Assembly (NCBI GenBank): GCA_910583845.1
Contig: CAJUAB010000003.1
Coordinates: 14,250-78,249, forward strand
DNA from: an uncultured Acetatifactor sp.
Lineage (GTDB): Bacteria > Bacillota > Clostridia > Lachnospirales > Lachnospiraceae
Reading direction: 5' to 3'
DNA: 64,000 bases
Shown: positions 39,209 to 50,978 of the stretch, piece after piece
How the letters are laid out: every line of letters starts with the position of its first letter
Position numbering within the stretch: position 1 is the first letter of the stretch
Made by a program: the position numbers and the translations under genes
The notes under the pieces: model-generated
Databases searched by the model: none
Told to the model about the DNA's origin: nothing
What the model saw: the letters and a program-made list of their open reading frames with translations, nothing else

Positions 39209-41542
39209 TCACAGGCGATTATAGTTGATCAGGCATCCCTTTTGTATAATCTGCCTCTCCTCGTCAGTCAGGTCGCCAAGCCTTAGCGTAAACTCCCGCA
39301 GACCAAAAGACTGCCCTTCCCCGGGCAAAGCGTCCTGGGACGGCTGCCTTTCCAGTATAACCACGTACGCCCTGATCTCTTCCGCTTTCTTCTCCACAGC
39401 GTCCCTGATACCCGGAATAAACAGATAATCCATATTGTGGAAGGGCAGTTCTCCCTCCTGAATCAGAAACGGCAGCATCCCCCAGTTGATCAGATTGGAA
39501 CGATAACGCTTGGTAGCATACTCATGGGCGATATTGGCCCAGCCCCCCAGCACCTTCTGGCAGCTGGCTGCCTGTTCCCTTGCGGAGCCGTCGCCGGGCT
39601 TGACCGCGAAAATCGTGGAGCCAAAGCCCGTGTTGGTGTGGTCAGCATCCGGGAACTGCTCCCTGATGGCGTTCATGACAGGTTTTACATCCGGATGGGC
39701 CTGGCAGGGATGTTGTCCCGCCATACGGGCCTTCTCCGCCTTCTGGATATCCTTGGCCCGTCCCACATAGGCCGGGTCCTTACGGGACAGGGCAAATTCC
39801 GCCAGTCCCAGGGGATTGGAGCGGTAGCTGGATGTCTCACCAGAGGGAATCAGTTCATCCGTGGTAGTCACAGGATCATGGATCTCGCTGACTACCCGCA
39901 GTACCAGATTCTCCGGCAGCGCGCCCATCTCCGGCCAGTCCTTGATATTGGGGCCCAGCACAATCTCTGCATCAGGGTCCGCCACGCCATGGGAGTCAAA
40001 CACTCTGTTGGCGTAAATCTGGCTGTCAAAATGATATTTGTACCTGCCAAATTCGCCGTCAAACTCCGTGGCAGGAGTCAGTACGCCCTGATTGGCCGCC
40101 GTGGCCGCAATGGAGCGGGCGTCCATCAGCGCCACAGAGGAAATCTGGCCATTCTGCAGCTTGGAACCCTCCCTGTTAGGGAAATTCCGTGTGGAATGGC
40201 GGATACTGAACGCACGATTGGCAGGAGTGTCGCCCGCGCCGAAGCAGGGGCCGCAGAAAGCGGTCTTCATCACCGCGCCTGTCTCCAGAATGGCTGCCGC
40301 GCATCCGTTTTTGATCAGTTCCATATATACGGGCATGGAGGCCGGATACACACTCAGGGTAAAACCGTCGCTGCCGATGGTTCTGCCCTTTAAAATGTCC
40401 GCCGCCGCGCAGATATTCTCAAAGCCGCCGCCTGCGCAGCCCGCGATGATTCCCTGATCCACCAGGAATTTGCCGTTCTTTACCTTATCTTTCAGGCTGA
40501 AAGCCACGGCGCCATCCAGGCTCACCTGGGCCCGCTTCTCCGTCTCATCCAGAATATCCTCCAGATTCGCGTTCAGTTCCTCGATGGTGTAGGTATTGCT
40601 GGGGTGGAAAGGCATGGCAATCATAGGACGGACCTTGGATAAATCCACCTTGATCATACCGTCATAGTAAGCTGCCTCTCCCGGTGTCAGCCGCGTGTAC
40701 TCTTCCTCTCTGCCATGAATCTGATAGAACTCCCTGATCCTGTCATCTGTCTGCCAGATCGATGACAGGCAGGTGGTCTCCGTGGTCATCACGTCCACGC
40801 CGATTCTGAAATCCGCGCTCAGAGAGGCCAGGCCGGGCCCCACAAACTCCATCACTTTGTTCTTAACATAACCGTTGGCAAACACTGCACCTATGATCGC
40901 CAGCGCCACGTCCTGAGGGCCCACCCCCCTGACCGGCTCCCCTGTCAGGTACACGCCCACCACACCGGGCATATTGATGTCATACGTCTGGCCCAGCAGC
41001 TGTTTCACCAGCTCCGGTCCCCCCTCGCCCACGGCCATGGTTCCCAGCGCGCCATAGCGGGTATGGGAGTCGGAACCTAAAATCATTCTTCCGCACCCGG
41101 CCAGCATCTCTCTGGCAAACTGGTGGATCACCGCCTGATGGGGAGGCACATAGATACCGCCGTATTTTTTTGCGCAGGACAGGCCAAACATGTGGTCGTC
41201 CTCATTGATGGTGCCGCCCACCGCACACAGGGAATTGTGGCAGTTGGTAAGCACATAGGGAACCGGAAACTTTGTCAGGCCCGACGCCCTGGCCGTCTGT
41301 ATAATTCCCACAAAAGTGATATCGTGGCTGGCCAGCTTGTCAAACTTGATTCTGAGTTTTTCCATATTTCCGGAGGTATTATGGCTCTGCAAAATACTGT
41401 AGGCAATGGTATTCTGGGCCGCCTCCTTTTTGGTGATATCTATGCCGGTCTTTGCCTTGACAGCAGCCTGGGCTTCCCCGCCGTCCGGAATGATCTCACT
41501 GCCGTGCAGCAGGTAAGCTCCCCCCTCCAGTAAAGTAACCAT
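39209..41542 (-). CDS. Aconitase-family hydratase (YbhJ-like)
   Basis: [56 protein letters not shown]. Confidence 0.88.
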   Translation of the reverse strand: MVTLLEGGAYLLHGSEIIPDGGEAQAAVKAKTGIDITKKEAAQNTIAYSILQSHNTSGNMEKLRIKFDKLASHDITFVGIIQTARASGLTKFPVPYVLTNCHNSLCAVGGTINEDDHMFGLSCAKKYGGIYVPPHQAVIHQFAREMLAGCGRMILGSDSHTRYGALGTMAVGEGGPELVKQLLGQTYDINMPGVVGVYLTGEPVRGVGPQDVALAIIGAVFANGYVKNKVMEFVGPGLASLSADFRIGVDVMTTETTCLSSIWQTDDRIREFYQIHGREEEYTRLTPGEAAYYDGMIKVDLSKVRPMIAMPFHPSNTYTIEELNANLEDILDETEKRAQVSLDGAVAFSLKDKVKNGKFLVDQGIIAGCAGGGFENICAAADILKGRTIGSDGFTLSVYPASMPVYMELIKNGCAAAILETGAVMKTAFCGPCFGAGDTPANRAFSIRHSTRNFPNREGSKLQNGQISSVALMDARSIAATAANQGVLTPATEFDGEFGRYKYHFDSQIYANRVFDSHGVADPDAEIVLGPNIKDWPEMGALPENLVLRVVSEIHDPVTTTDELIPSGETSSYRSNPLGLAEFALSRKDPAYVGRAKDIQKAEKARMAGQHPCQAHPDVKPVMNAIREQFPDADHTNTGFGSTIFAVKPGDGSAREQAASCQKVLGGWANIAHEYATKRYRSNLINWGMLPFLIQEGELPFHNMDYLFIPGIRDAVEKKAEEIRAYVVILERQPSQDALPGEGQSFGLREFTLRLGDLTDEERQIIQKGCLINYNRL

Positions 41543-41571
41543 CTTGATTCCTCCTATATTAAATCACTGTG

Positions 41572-41795
41572 CCTTCGGCGCATATTGGAGAGACATCTTT
41601 CCTGATTAAAATCGCTGCGCAATGGCACTGAAGGGTGAAGTCCCTTCGGCGCATATTTGAGAGACATCTTTCCTGATTAAAATCGCTACGCGATGGCACT
41701 GAAGGGTGAAGTCCCTTCGGCGCATATTTGAGAGACATCTTTCATTCGAAAGAGATCTCATGAAAGATGCTCTCGTGCGCCTTCGCGACTTCACC
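41572..41795. repeat. 71-bp tandem repeat (two full copies plus a partial) ending in a ~90-nt hairpin
   Basis: CCTTCGGCGCATATT.GAGAGACATCTTTC at 41572, 41643 and 41714. 41705-41795 folds back (GGTGAAGTC/GACTTCACC, GGCGCA/TGCGCC, CATCTTTCAT/ATGAAAGATG). Confidence 0.9.
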
Positions 41796-41905
41796 TGCCC
41801 GGCTGAATATTTTGAATGAACAAATGAACAACCGGACTGTTTATAGTTCCATAGGTTATTGTCCGCCTGCCGGGAGAAAACCACCGGCGGCGCTTGAAAA
41901 TTGTA

Positions 41906-44398
41906 TCACAATACTTTTACTTTGTCCAGATGCCAGATTTCGTCCACATACTGCTGAATCGTCCTGTCGGAGGTGAACTTGCCGGAGCAGGCCACATTCA
42001 GGATGGCGCTCTTTGCCCAGCCCGCCTCGTCCCTGTAGGCTGCTTCCACTTTCTTCTGGGCCTGCGCGTATGCCTTGAAGTCTTTCAGAATAAAGTAGGT
42101 GTCCGCCCTGGAAGTGCTCTGGGTGTTCAGCAGCGAATTGTACAGATGCCGGAACATCTCCGTGTCATGGGAGTAGGTTCCGTTGATGAGCTGCATCAGT
42201 ACTTTCCGGATATCCTGGTCGCTGTTGAAGATCTCCATGGGATTGTAACCGCCATGGTTCTCATAGTTAATGACCTCGTCGGAGGACAGACCGAAGATGA
42301 AGGCGTTCTCCTCCCCCACTTCCTCCACAATCTCCACATTGGCACCGTCCATGGTGCCCAGCGTCAGCGCGCCGTTCAGCATGAATTTCATATTGCCGGT
42401 ACCAGAAGCCTCCTTGCTGGCCGTGGAAATCTGCTCGGACACATCCGCCGCGGCAAAGATGATCTCCGCGTTGGATACATTGTAGTTCTCAATAAATACC
42501 ACCTTGATCTTGCCGCCGATGGAAGCGTCGTTGTTGACCACGTCCGCCACGGAATTGATCAGTTTGATGGTCAGCTTGGCGTTGCGGTAGCCCGCCGCCG
42601 CCTTGGCACCAAAGATGAACGTCCTGGGATAGAACTCCATATCCGGGTGCTCCTTGATCTCGTTGTACAGATACATCACATGCAGAATGTTCAGCAGCTG
42701 TCTCTTGTACTCATGCAGGCGCTTCACCTGCACGTCAAAGATGGAGCGCGGATCTACCTCCACACCGTTGTGCTCCAGGATGTATTTTGCCAGACGCACC
42801 TTATTCTGATACTTGATGTTCATAAATTCCTGCTGGGCCTTGGCGTCATCCGCATAGATTTTCAGACGCCCGATCTGAGGCAGGTCGGTGATCCATTCGT
42901 TGCCGATATGATCCGTCACCCAGTCTGCCAGAAGCGGATTGCCGTGCAGCAAAAAGCGCCTCTGGGTGATACCGTTGGTCTTATTGTTAAAGCGCTCCGG
43001 GAACATCTCATAAAAATCCCTGAGCTCCTGATTTTTCAGGATCTCGGTGTGCAGCTTCGCCACACCGTTCACCGAATAGCCGGAGACAATGGCCAGATGG
43101 GCCATCTTTACCTGTCCGTCATAGATAATCGCCATCTTGCGGATCTTTTCCTGTACATTCACGCCCGGCACATTGTTGTACTTCTTCTCGATCTCAATGA
43201 TAAATCTGCGGTTGATCTCCTCCACAATCTGGTATATTCTGGGCAGCAGCCTGGAGAACAGTTCGATAGGCCACTTTTCCAGAGCCTCGGCCATGATGGT
43301 GTGGTTGGTGTAGGCGCAGGTCCTGGTGGTCACCGTCCAGGCCTCGTCCCAGGTCAGATAATACTCATCCATCAGAATCCGCATCAGTTCCGCAATGGCC
43401 ACCGTGGGATGGGTATCGTTGAGCTGGAAAGTCACCTTCTCGTAAAATCTGCGGATATCGCTGTGGGTGCGCATATATTTCGCCACCGCCTCCTGCACGG
43501 AAGCGGAGATAAAGAAGTACTGCTGCTTTAAGCGCAGTTCCTTGCCCGCATAGTGGTTGTCGTTGGGATAGAGCACCTCCACAATATTTCTCGCCAGATT
43601 TTCCTGCTCCACAGCCTTCTGATAATCGCCCTTGTCAAAGGAATCCAGCTGGAAGCACACCACCGGCTCCGCGTCCCAGATCCGCAGGGTATTCACGATA
43701 TGGTTGCCATAACCAACGATGGGAAGATCGAAGGGAACGGCGTTGACGGACTGATATCCCTCCTGGGAGAAATGTTCCCTGCCGTTCTCATCCCGGCTCA
43801 CAGTCACATAGCCGCCGAATTTCACCTCTTTTTTGTACTCGGGGCGGCGCAGTTCAAAGGGATTGCCGTCCACCAGCCAGTTATCCGGCACTTCGATCTG
43901 ATAGCCGTCCTTGATCTGCTGCTTGAACATACCGTAGCGGTAGCGGATGCCGCAGCCGTAGGCAGGGTATCCCAGGGTGGCCAGAGAGTCCAGGAAGCAT
44001 GCCGCCAAACGGCCCAGACCGCCGTTGCCCAGCGCCGCGTCCGGCTCCTGGTCCTCCACCACATTCAGATCCAGGCCCAGTTCCTCCAGGGCCTCTTTGG
44101 CCTCCTTATAGGCCATCATGTTGATCAGATTGTTGCCCAGGGCGCGTCCCATGAGAAACTCCATGGACAGATAGTACACGGTCTTGGCATCCTGCTTCTC
44201 GTAAGCCTTCTGGGTGTCCATCCAGTCCTCCACGATCTGGTCTTTTATAGCGTAGGAAACCGCCTGAAAAATCTGCTGGGGACTGGCCTCGTCCAGATTT
44301 TTGCGGTACAGGGTTTTTGTATTGTACTGCACACTTCTCTTAAAAAGCTCTTTGTCAAATTTCAGCTTCTTGGTGGTAGTGGTACTCGTCATGCTCAT
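41906..44398 (-). CDS. glgP: Glycogen/maltodextrin phosphorylase
   Basis: LGNGGLGRLAACF, QLNDTHP, KRLHEYKRQ, and PLP site EASGTGNMKF. Confidence 0.96.
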   Translation of the reverse strand: MSMTSTTTTKKLKFDKELFKRSVQYNTKTLYRKNLDEASPQQIFQAVSYAIKDQIVEDWMDTQKAYEKQDAKTVYYLSMEFLMGRALGNNLINMMAYKEAKEALEELGLDLNVVEDQEPDAALGNGGLGRLAACFLDSLATLGYPAYGCGIRYRYGMFKQQIKDGYQIEVPDNWLVDGNPFELRRPEYKKEVKFGGYVTVSRDENGREHFSQEGYQSVNAVPFDLPIVGYGNHIVNTLRIWDAEPVVCFQLDSFDKGDYQKAVEQENLARNIVEVLYPNDNHYAGKELRLKQQYFFISASVQEAVAKYMRTHSDIRRFYEKVTFQLNDTHPTVAIAELMRILMDEYYLTWDEAWTVTTRTCAYTNHTIMAEALEKWPIELFSRLLPRIYQIVEEINRRFIIEIEKKYNNVPGVNVQEKIRKMAIIYDGQVKMAHLAIVSGYSVNGVAKLHTEILKNQELRDFYEMFPERFNNKTNGITQRRFLLHGNPLLADWVTDHIGNEWITDLPQIGRLKIYADDAKAQQEFMNIKYQNKVRLAKYILEHNGVEVDPRSIFDVQVKRLHEYKRQLLNILHVMYLYNEIKEHPDMEFYPRTFIFGAKAAAGYRNAKLTIKLINSVADVVNNDASIGGKIKVVFIENYNVSNAEIIFAAADVSEQISTASKEASGTGNMKFMLNGALTLGTMDGANVEIVEEVGEENAFIFGLSSDEVINYENHGGYNPMEIFNSDQDIRKVLMQLINGTYSHDTEMFRHLYNSLLNTQSTSRADTYFILKDFKAYAQAQKKVEAAYRDEAGWAKSAILNVACSGKFTSDRTIQQYVDEIWHLDKVKVL

Positions 44399-44625
44399 TC
44401 TCCTTCTCCTTTTCTGCTTATGTTGCCACAGGCAATTGCGAAACTCTTCTTTTCCATATCCTCTGCAAAGAACGCTTCGCAATTGGCTGTGGAGTGGACA
44501 GATCTCTTCCGCACAAGTCTGCAAAACATATTATACCAAATGTTCCCGGCAATGCAACTGTTTTTCTCCGGCCCGGAAACTTTTATTCATGGGCAAAAAC
44601 TTTTTTTGTCTTTCGGGTTCATTGA

Positions 44626-45075
44626 TTAAATACTTAAGTACAACTTTTTTGAATTAAGAAAATTTTCCACCTTTTCCATGCACTTTTCGCAGATTTCTCC
44701 ATTCTTTTTCATTTGCCTGACAGTACACTCCCATATGATCAGACACTTGATACCGCCTGCTTTCAACTCTTCCTGCACAACTGCATCTCTGCGGATATTT
44801 GCATCAAACTTCCTGTTCCAAAAATCCTCATTGCTTTTGGGTATATATGCGTATTTACATTTTTCATGCCTGTGCCAATAACACCCATGAATGAATACCG
44901 CAGTATTATACTTTTTCAGGTATATATCGGGATGCCCTGATACCTGTTTTGAATTTATTCGATACCGGTACCCTCTGGAAAAAAGCAATTTTCTGAAATA
45001 TACTTCCGGCTTAGTGCCCTTTGAGCGGATAGCCGCCATGTTCTTACTCCGCTGTTCCGATGTCACAGTATCCAT
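44626..45075 (-). CDS. vsr: Very short patch repair endonuclease
   Basis: MDTVTSEQRSKNMAAIRSKGTKPE, GHPDI, FIHGCYWHRH, LIIWEC. Confidence 0.95.
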   Translation of the reverse strand: MDTVTSEQRSKNMAAIRSKGTKPEVYFRKLLFSRGYRYRINSKQVSGHPDIYLKKYNTAVFIHGCYWHRHEKCKYAYIPKSNEDFWNRKFDANIRRDAVVQEELKAGGIKCLIIWECTVRQMKKNGEICEKCMEKVENFLNSKKLYLSI

Positions 45076-45126
45076 TTGCTTACCTTTCTCCACCACCCTG
45101 TTTTCAGGGAACAAATCTGTCCGACT

Positions 45127-45822
45127 TCAGTCAACAACCGGCAGAAAAACCTTCATACGCCTTAATTCCTTCAGTAATCCCTCTATCGTCCCCGCCTTGT
45201 CTGCCGACGTAATAAGAATCCCCATTTCAATATTCCCCTGCATACCATGATAAGATAAATTTGCAGATGATACCAGGCTTGACACCCCATCCACTACGAT
45301 CATCTTTGCATGAAGCGCCGCCATCCGGTCGGTTTCGGCTCTGTTATACTCATACAGACGCAGATATTGTCCTCTGTATGACTTCACGCGCTGCAGCTGT
45401 TCCCCATGCTTTTCAACATCATTGACATACAGATTTACATACACACCGGTGGTGCTTTTCTGTATTATGCGGTCAAGCATACCGTCAAAATAGTCGGAGA
45501 TGGAATACCCTGTAATTGTAATACTCCGACAGGCCTGCATGATCAATTGGCCAATTACAGCCTCCGTTCTTCTGGCTCTCAGTCTGAAACTTGTGGGAGC
45601 CGTAATCACCATCTCACACTTATCACCGGTATTACGAGAATAAGCTGTACATACCAGACTGATAATGTCCATCAATCCTTTTTCATCCATATCCGGGAAA
45701 CGCCTGCGAAGTTCCTGCATTGATCTCCCAAATGCAGGATTATCCGGTCTTTTCAGGTATTTCTCAAAATCATCTATCACGGTTTCTACGATAAGATCAA
45801 TATTTATATCTGTATCCCACAT
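45127..45822 (-). CDS. drmC: DISARM phospholipase D-like protein DrmC
   Basis: Single HKD motif LHAKMIVVD...SSANLS...NIEMG; overlaps the end of drmB. Confidence 0.85.
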   Translation of the reverse strand: MWDTDINIDLIVETVIDDFEKYLKRPDNPAFGRSMQELRRRFPDMDEKGLMDIISLVCTAYSRNTGDKCEMVITAPTSFRLRARRTEAVIGQLIMQACRSITITGYSISDYFDGMLDRIIQKSTTGVYVNLYVNDVEKHGEQLQRVKSYRGQYLRLYEYNRAETDRMAALHAKMIVVDGVSSLVSSANLSYHGMQGNIEMGILITSADKAGTIEGLLKELRRMKVFLPVVD

Positions 45823-47552
45823 AATTCTCCAATCAGGTCTCTGAAAAAGCCCAGTTCTTCCCTTTCAGGAACCGGAACAACAAGCGCACGGTCGAGCATA
45901 CGGTTTCCATTTTCACAGGCCGTTTCGGAAATCATTGTACAGGAATGACATGCGGCTCCATTAATTCTGTCTTTCTGAGGCTTTTTCATAAAGCACTCCG
46001 GATCTGTTGTACAGGTCAAAGCATTCTGCAGCGCTTCCCGCAAAATAAAAATGAATTTCTCCCAGTTGCCCAGTTCCACCAGACCTCCCAGTGACCCCTC
46101 CTTATCCGAGCTGCCGGTATAAATCATAATTCCGCACATCTTTTCATTGCTGTAAATACGCTCCTTCAAGGCGGCAGACGAATACCCTGACTGCATGGCC
46201 ATTTCCTTAATCAACAGATGCGCCAGCGTATGTAACAGAACATACTCCGCATCCCGCTCCTCATGCAGTGTCCATTCTTTTTCCCTACAGTATTCGGCAT
46301 AAACCTGTTTATATTTTTCTGACAATCCGTTCACCGCAGGTCGCTGTTTCCAGGCATTTACCGCATCACGATTCAATTCAAGGAACACGCCCTCTCCATG
46401 CACTTCCACCGCCGGAAGCCAGGCATCTTTTCCTGAACCCTTATTCAGCTTACAGATATGTTTTGGTTCATTCACCTCCGGTTCCGGTGCCTCCATCCGC
46501 ATAAAGCCCAAAAGAACCATTACCTCTCGCAGACGATGAATCTTTACAAGTCTTGAAAACCAGGGTTTCAAAGCCGATTTAACAGGCACTTCTTCCGCCT
46601 GAAAATATTTATAGTCACGCTTAAATGCCAGATCATCATGATGAATAATTGCATTGTACTCCATCTCTTTGATTTCTACATATTCCTTTATTTTCTCTTT
46701 TATCCGAATGTATGCTTTAAGAAAATCATCCTCTGAAAAGCGATCCTTAAAATAGCGTTCATATGCTTTATGCAGCCCCACATCACCAAAGTCGGCTTCA
46801 TATGCCTCAATAGTCTGCAAATGATTACTTATAATGTCATTGATCGGGTCTGTCCAAGGAGGGATGGATATGGCACTCCTGATAACCGGGAAATATACAT
46901 TGGACGCACCACGCTGTGAAGGAATTACCATCTTTTTGCATCGCTGGTTTCCTGCCCCCGGTCTGTGCGGATGATGACCGCGGCAGGTCAAACCCTCAAA
47001 ATTTTCCTTTTGCATTGCCCCCGCCATCGTGCGCTTTGCTCCACAGCTGCACATGACCCGCATTTCACTCAGGGAAGAGGTGTTACCGGTTGAAATCAAT
47101 TCCATGCGCTCGTGACCAGGGCAGACGCCTCCACCATGTACCCACCACGACCAGGGGAAATCCTCCATATGACCATCTTCACAGGCAAGAATAAACCTGG
47201 CTGGGTAAGCATCCCATCCACAATCCGGACATTTTGGCCCTTTGTCACGGATATATTTATCTCTGTCAAAGCCATTGCGGATATCAAACAAACGATGGCA
47301 ATGCTTGCACACATGGTAGTAAGGGAACGAAACTATGGGAATATCATCCCAGTCACTTGTCTGCGGTGACTTGAAATTATATACGCCAAGATAGCTTGCC
47401 AGGCGCAGATCAACAATGGTATTCCCCGTATTTTTCCAGTAATTGATATCCAACACCGTCACCGAATCATGCAGGGCATCCATAATAGCTCCAGGCCCAT
47501 ATGTGGTTATCAGCTGATTCGGTCGAACCTCACCCAGTTTATTCCAATTCAT
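45804..47552 (-). CDS. drmB: DISARM DUF1998 protein DrmB
   Basis: GEVRPNQLITTYGPGA, RFILACEDGH.EDFPW, QRGASNVYFP, LLHTLAHLLI, EGSLGGL, and Cys cluster CTTDPEC...AACHSC...SETAC. Confidence 0.92.
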   Translation of the reverse strand: MNWNKLGEVRPNQLITTYGPGAIMDALHDSVTVLDINYWKNTGNTIVDLRLASYLGVYNFKSPQTSDWDDIPIVSFPYYHVCKHCHRLFDIRNGFDRDKYIRDKGPKCPDCGWDAYPARFILACEDGHMEDFPWSWWVHGGGVCPGHERMELISTGNTSSLSEMRVMCSCGAKRTMAGAMQKENFEGLTCRGHHPHRPGAGNQRCKKMVIPSQRGASNVYFPVIRSAISIPPWTDPINDIISNHLQTIEAYEADFGDVGLHKAYERYFKDRFSEDDFLKAYIRIKEKIKEYVEIKEMEYNAIIHHDDLAFKRDYKYFQAEEVPVKSALKPWFSRLVKIHRLREVMVLLGFMRMEAPEPEVNEPKHICKLNKGSGKDAWLPAVEVHGEGVFLELNRDAVNAWKQRPAVNGLSEKYKQVYAEYCREKEWTLHEERDAEYVLLHTLAHLLIKEMAMQSGYSSAALKERIYSNEKMCGIMIYTGSSDKEGSLGGLVELGNWEKFIFILREALQNALTCTTDPECFMKKPQKDRINGAACHSCTMISETACENGNRMLDRALVVPVPEREELGFFRDLIGELCGIQI

Positions 47553-50500
47553 CAGCTTTCCTCCTCGTTATAATAGTATATGGTAGCGGCTTTTTCCACC
47601 TCCCGCATGGAATTCAGAGTGGGTTTCTCTCGTTCTTTGCAATAACTATGATAATAATTCAGCAGGCGATTTTGATTCTCCACTCCCTTGTCATTTGTAT
47701 AGTATGTCAACGGTTTGCTATCCCCGCACAGATCACGCCAGCCGCTGATAAAATCATCCATTTCCCGCTCCGCATCCTCACAGGCCCGGTGATTTACAAT
47801 CATAACCCTGTCCAAAATTTCTTTCTTCAGCTCCTGAATTTTTTCATCCGGGAATGAAACAATGGCACCTGCCTTTTTGTTGGCTGCCAATTCCTCATGC
47901 TGTAAACGCAGCATACCGACAACCACTGCATGAAGTACCCTGTCCCTTGCCCGGGCTGAAAACGGAGTTGCCGTTGTTCCCTCGACATAGCGATACATCT
48001 GCGAATGAAACCCCGTAAAATTCTCATAGTGTGACAAATCTCTGGGGCGATATGGATTATATACCGTAATGATCAGGCCTGGATATGTACGCCCTACGCG
48101 GCTGCTTGCCTGTATATATTCAGAATTCTGTTTCGGCTCTCCGGTAATCGCCATCAACCCCAGTCGGTCAACATCCATACCCACGGCTATCATGTTAGTT
48201 GCAATAACCACATCATAACAACTTTGCTTAGGCTGTCCCGGTATGTACTCCTCTGTCAGCTCCTCCAGAATTTTTGTAATTTCATACGAAGGGATACGGG
48301 AAGTAATTTCCTTCTTCTTTGACAGGAATCGCCTCATCCCATGACCGTATTTCTTTTTCAGATTTTCAATTCGGCTGGGAATATCATCATCAAGCAGACG
48401 TACTGCGCCTCCCAGCTCACGGATTGAGTTAAAGTATCCAATCAATGTGTAATAAGGATCCACATAGTCCTTATATTCCTCATGCCGGGAAAGTTCAAAT
48501 ACTGTCTGGAGAATTATGGCATAAACACGCAAAAGCGTTGTCTTGACAGATGAACCATCTCCACATATGCCGACATACTGCCGGAATGGTTTCTGCCCTG
48601 CCTGCGTCATCTGCCGAATCTTCTCCTCATCATGGATGCCATATGACTGCATTGGCAGCTTGATTTCCGTAATAAAATAAGAATTTCCCATGTCAAAACC
48701 ATTCGGGGGAAACTGGGCATAATCCTCTCTTCCGTACAGACAGCGAATCTGCTCTTTTGCATTCCTGATTGTCGCAGTGGAGACAATATACTTGGGTTTT
48801 ATTTTCTGACCATCACGATAGAAGGAACACAGTTCCTCAACCAGCCCCTCATATCCCCCGTATATAGTACCAAGAGGTCCCGTAATCAGATGCAGCTCAT
48901 CCTGAATAATCAATTCCGGTGGATAAAAAGGTTTCACACTGCTCGGTTTAACCTGAGGTAAGTTTCCCATGGCTTTGTGATAAGACACATGCTCTTCTCC
49001 TTTGGCAATATACCCACATCTGGAGCAGAATCTATCTGCATTGCCAAAAAGCAACCCCGTCTGCTCACTCCAAGGCAAAGTAGCAAATTTATCAACTGTG
49101 GAGATTACAATAGTCGGACATTTCCGGTATATTTCTTCATCCACCAAGTACACCGGCAAAGATATATTATTATATTTGTAAAAATGGCAGTTCTTATTTG
49201 AGCAGGATATTTTTACGGTTTTGAACGCCGTGTCAATATCATAATCATTTTCTGTAATCTCTCTTCCACAGCAAGGACACTTGATCAGTTGCTTTGTCAA
49301 TCTTCTCGTAAAGTCACGCTGTTTTTGAAAGTCTTTACTGTCATATTCACTGAATGTATTGGGCGTAACCTGCTTTCCTACCCAGAATCCAATTGAAAAC
49401 CTCTGTTTTCCAAACAAATCCGGTCGCTTCTCCCTGGTCATTTCCGCCGCAATGATTAATTTGATCAGACGATCTCTCTGCTGCGTGGTAAGGAGACGCA
49501 GAGTGTATCTTAAAAAGACTGTCACACCCCCGTCTTTTTCGTATTCTGTTTCATCACCGGCAGTAAGACGACGGTAAGCCATTGTAAATGCAATCAGTCC
49601 AAGATAAGCCTCTGTCTTTCCGCCTCCCGTCGGGAAATAAAGCAAATCTACAATCCTGCGCTCTTCTGAATCAGGGAAAATAATACCTGTCAAATTCAGC
49701 AATACGAAAGCAATCTGAAAGGGACGCCATTCCGAATGATCCTCTTTCAAATAATCATTCAGGTTACAATCAATCCCCTGACCGCTTTGCCCGGCATATG
49801 CAGATATACTCCTCTGCATGTACATAACCTGATTCATAAAAGAGAACGCCTGAAAAACAATCTGGTTATTTTCAATCAAGTCAATCCCTGCATTCATTCT
49901 CCGACAGGCATTTTCACATTCTCTGATAATCGAATTGCCTCTTTCCCTGAATTTATCACGAGCCATATATTTATGACTCCTCAAACTGTCAATCCATTTT
50001 CGATAGTCATCTGTCATATCCCTTAGGCGCACAACGCTCTCTTCCCTGTTTTTCGGCTGCATAAGAAAGCGCATGGAAAAAGTATGCTCCGGGAAGGTAC
50101 TGATCTGCGGACTCACCCCATTCATCTCGTAATCGGGAATAAATGATGTACGTACTGCAACGGCATTTTCACTTTCCTCTGTTTTGATCCATATTGCGGA
50201 ACAGCCACGCCCTCTTGCAAAAACAGGACGTGTCTCATAATAATATTCATCCTCCAATTCGTCGGAACGGCACCTGTATTCCGGCACAAAAATCGGTTTC
50301 AGGTTATCATCGGCAAGCTGAATCTCCACCTGAAACAATACCTGCTCGTATTCTTTCTCTTTCTCCGTTTTAGGCCTGCAGTTATACAGATACACCGAAA
50401 TCATTTTATTCCCGCCACTGACAGGCATTTGGAGAATATGAAGCTGAAGATGTTCATCTTCCTCCAGACACATCTTCCTGAAACGCCCCATTGAGGCCAG

Positions 50501-50977
50501 ATCAATATCAACCACAGCCAGATGCTGTTCTCTGACATAGCGTGAACGCTTTACCTCTTTCTCCACGCCTCCCTGCGTCTCCAAAACCTTCTCCTGGGTC
50601 TTTTCGTACGATCCCCACTTGATACTGGCAGTGATAACAGATACATCAGTCCCCACATAACAGGTCAGTCCACAGGAGGCCTGTTTTTTGAATTTACCCT
50701 GAACCGGTGTTTCTGAATCATAATCCTCCATACCTGTACTGCTGTCTTTTCTGTCCTCCGTGTAATATTCATTATTCATAAATTCCTGATCATCATATGT
50801 TTCATCTTCGCTGAATGAAGTATCTGATGGATAGAGCATACCTGTAATATAGCTGACTGTCGGCATCTCATTCAGCGCCTCGCATTCCTCCTGCGGTCCC
50901 ATCAGGTCAGTCCGCAACGCTTCCAGTATTTTTTCACGGACGACTGCACATTTAAAAGAAGTTAAACTGTCTGCCAT
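47552..50977 (-). CDS. drmA: DISARM helicase DrmA
   Basis: WRPFQIAF, FPTGGGKTEAYLG, RYTLRLLTTQQ, IIQDELHLI, STAT, YFNSIRELGG, QASSRVGR, RPRDLSHYE; 1-bp overlap with drmB. Confidence 0.92.
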   Translation of the reverse strand: MADSLTSFKCAVVREKILEALRTDLMGPQEECEALNEMPTVSYITGMLYPSDTSFSEDETYDDQEFMNNEYYTEDRKDSSTGMEDYDSETPVQGKFKKQASCGLTCYVGTDVSVITASIKWGSYEKTQEKVLETQGGVEKEVKRSRYVREQHLAVVDIDLASMGRFRKMCLEEDEHLQLHILQMPVSGGNKMISVYLYNCRPKTEKEKEYEQVLFQVEIQLADDNLKPIFVPEYRCRSDELEDEYYYETRPVFARGRGCSAIWIKTEESENAVAVRTSFIPDYEMNGVSPQISTFPEHTFSMRFLMQPKNREESVVRLRDMTDDYRKWIDSLRSHKYMARDKFRERGNSIIRECENACRRMNAGIDLIENNQIVFQAFSFMNQVMYMQRSISAYAGQSGQGIDCNLNDYLKEDHSEWRPFQIAFVLLNLTGIIFPDSEERRIVDLLYFPTGGGKTEAYLGLIAFTMAYRRLTAGDETEYEKDGGVTVFLRYTLRLLTTQQRDRLIKLIIAAEMTREKRPDLFGKQRFSIGFWVGKQVTPNTFSEYDSKDFQKQRDFTRRLTKQLIKCPCCGREITENDYDIDTAFKTVKISCSNKNCHFYKYNNISLPVYLVDEEIYRKCPTIVISTVDKFATLPWSEQTGLLFGNADRFCSRCGYIAKGEEHVSYHKAMGNLPQVKPSSVKPFYPPELIIQDELHLITGPLGTIYGGYEGLVEELCSFYRDGQKIKPKYIVSTATIRNAKEQIRCLYGREDYAQFPPNGFDMGNSYFITEIKLPMQSYGIHDEEKIRQMTQAGQKPFRQYVGICGDGSSVKTTLLRVYAIILQTVFELSRHEEYKDYVDPYYTLIGYFNSIRELGGAVRLLDDDIPSRIENLKKKYGHGMRRFLSKKKEITSRIPSYEITKILEELTEEYIPGQPKQSCYDVVIATNMIAVGMDVDRLGLMAITGEPKQNSEYIQASSRVGRTYPGLIITVYNPYRPRDLSHYENFTGFHSQMYRYVEGTTATPFSARARDRVLHAVVVGMLRLQHEELAANKKAGAIVSFPDEKIQELKKEILDRVMIVNHRACEDAEREMDDFISGWRDLCGDSKPLTYYTNDKGVENQNRLLNYYHSYCKEREKPTLNSMREVEKAATIYYYNEEES

Positions 50978-50978
50978 C

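Noticed and set aside
41572..41795. Possible CRISPR array or lysine/glycine riboswitch
   Set aside because: The would-be spacers are near-identical. GGCGC...GCCGAAG resembles riboswitch fragments, but the other conserved stems are missing.
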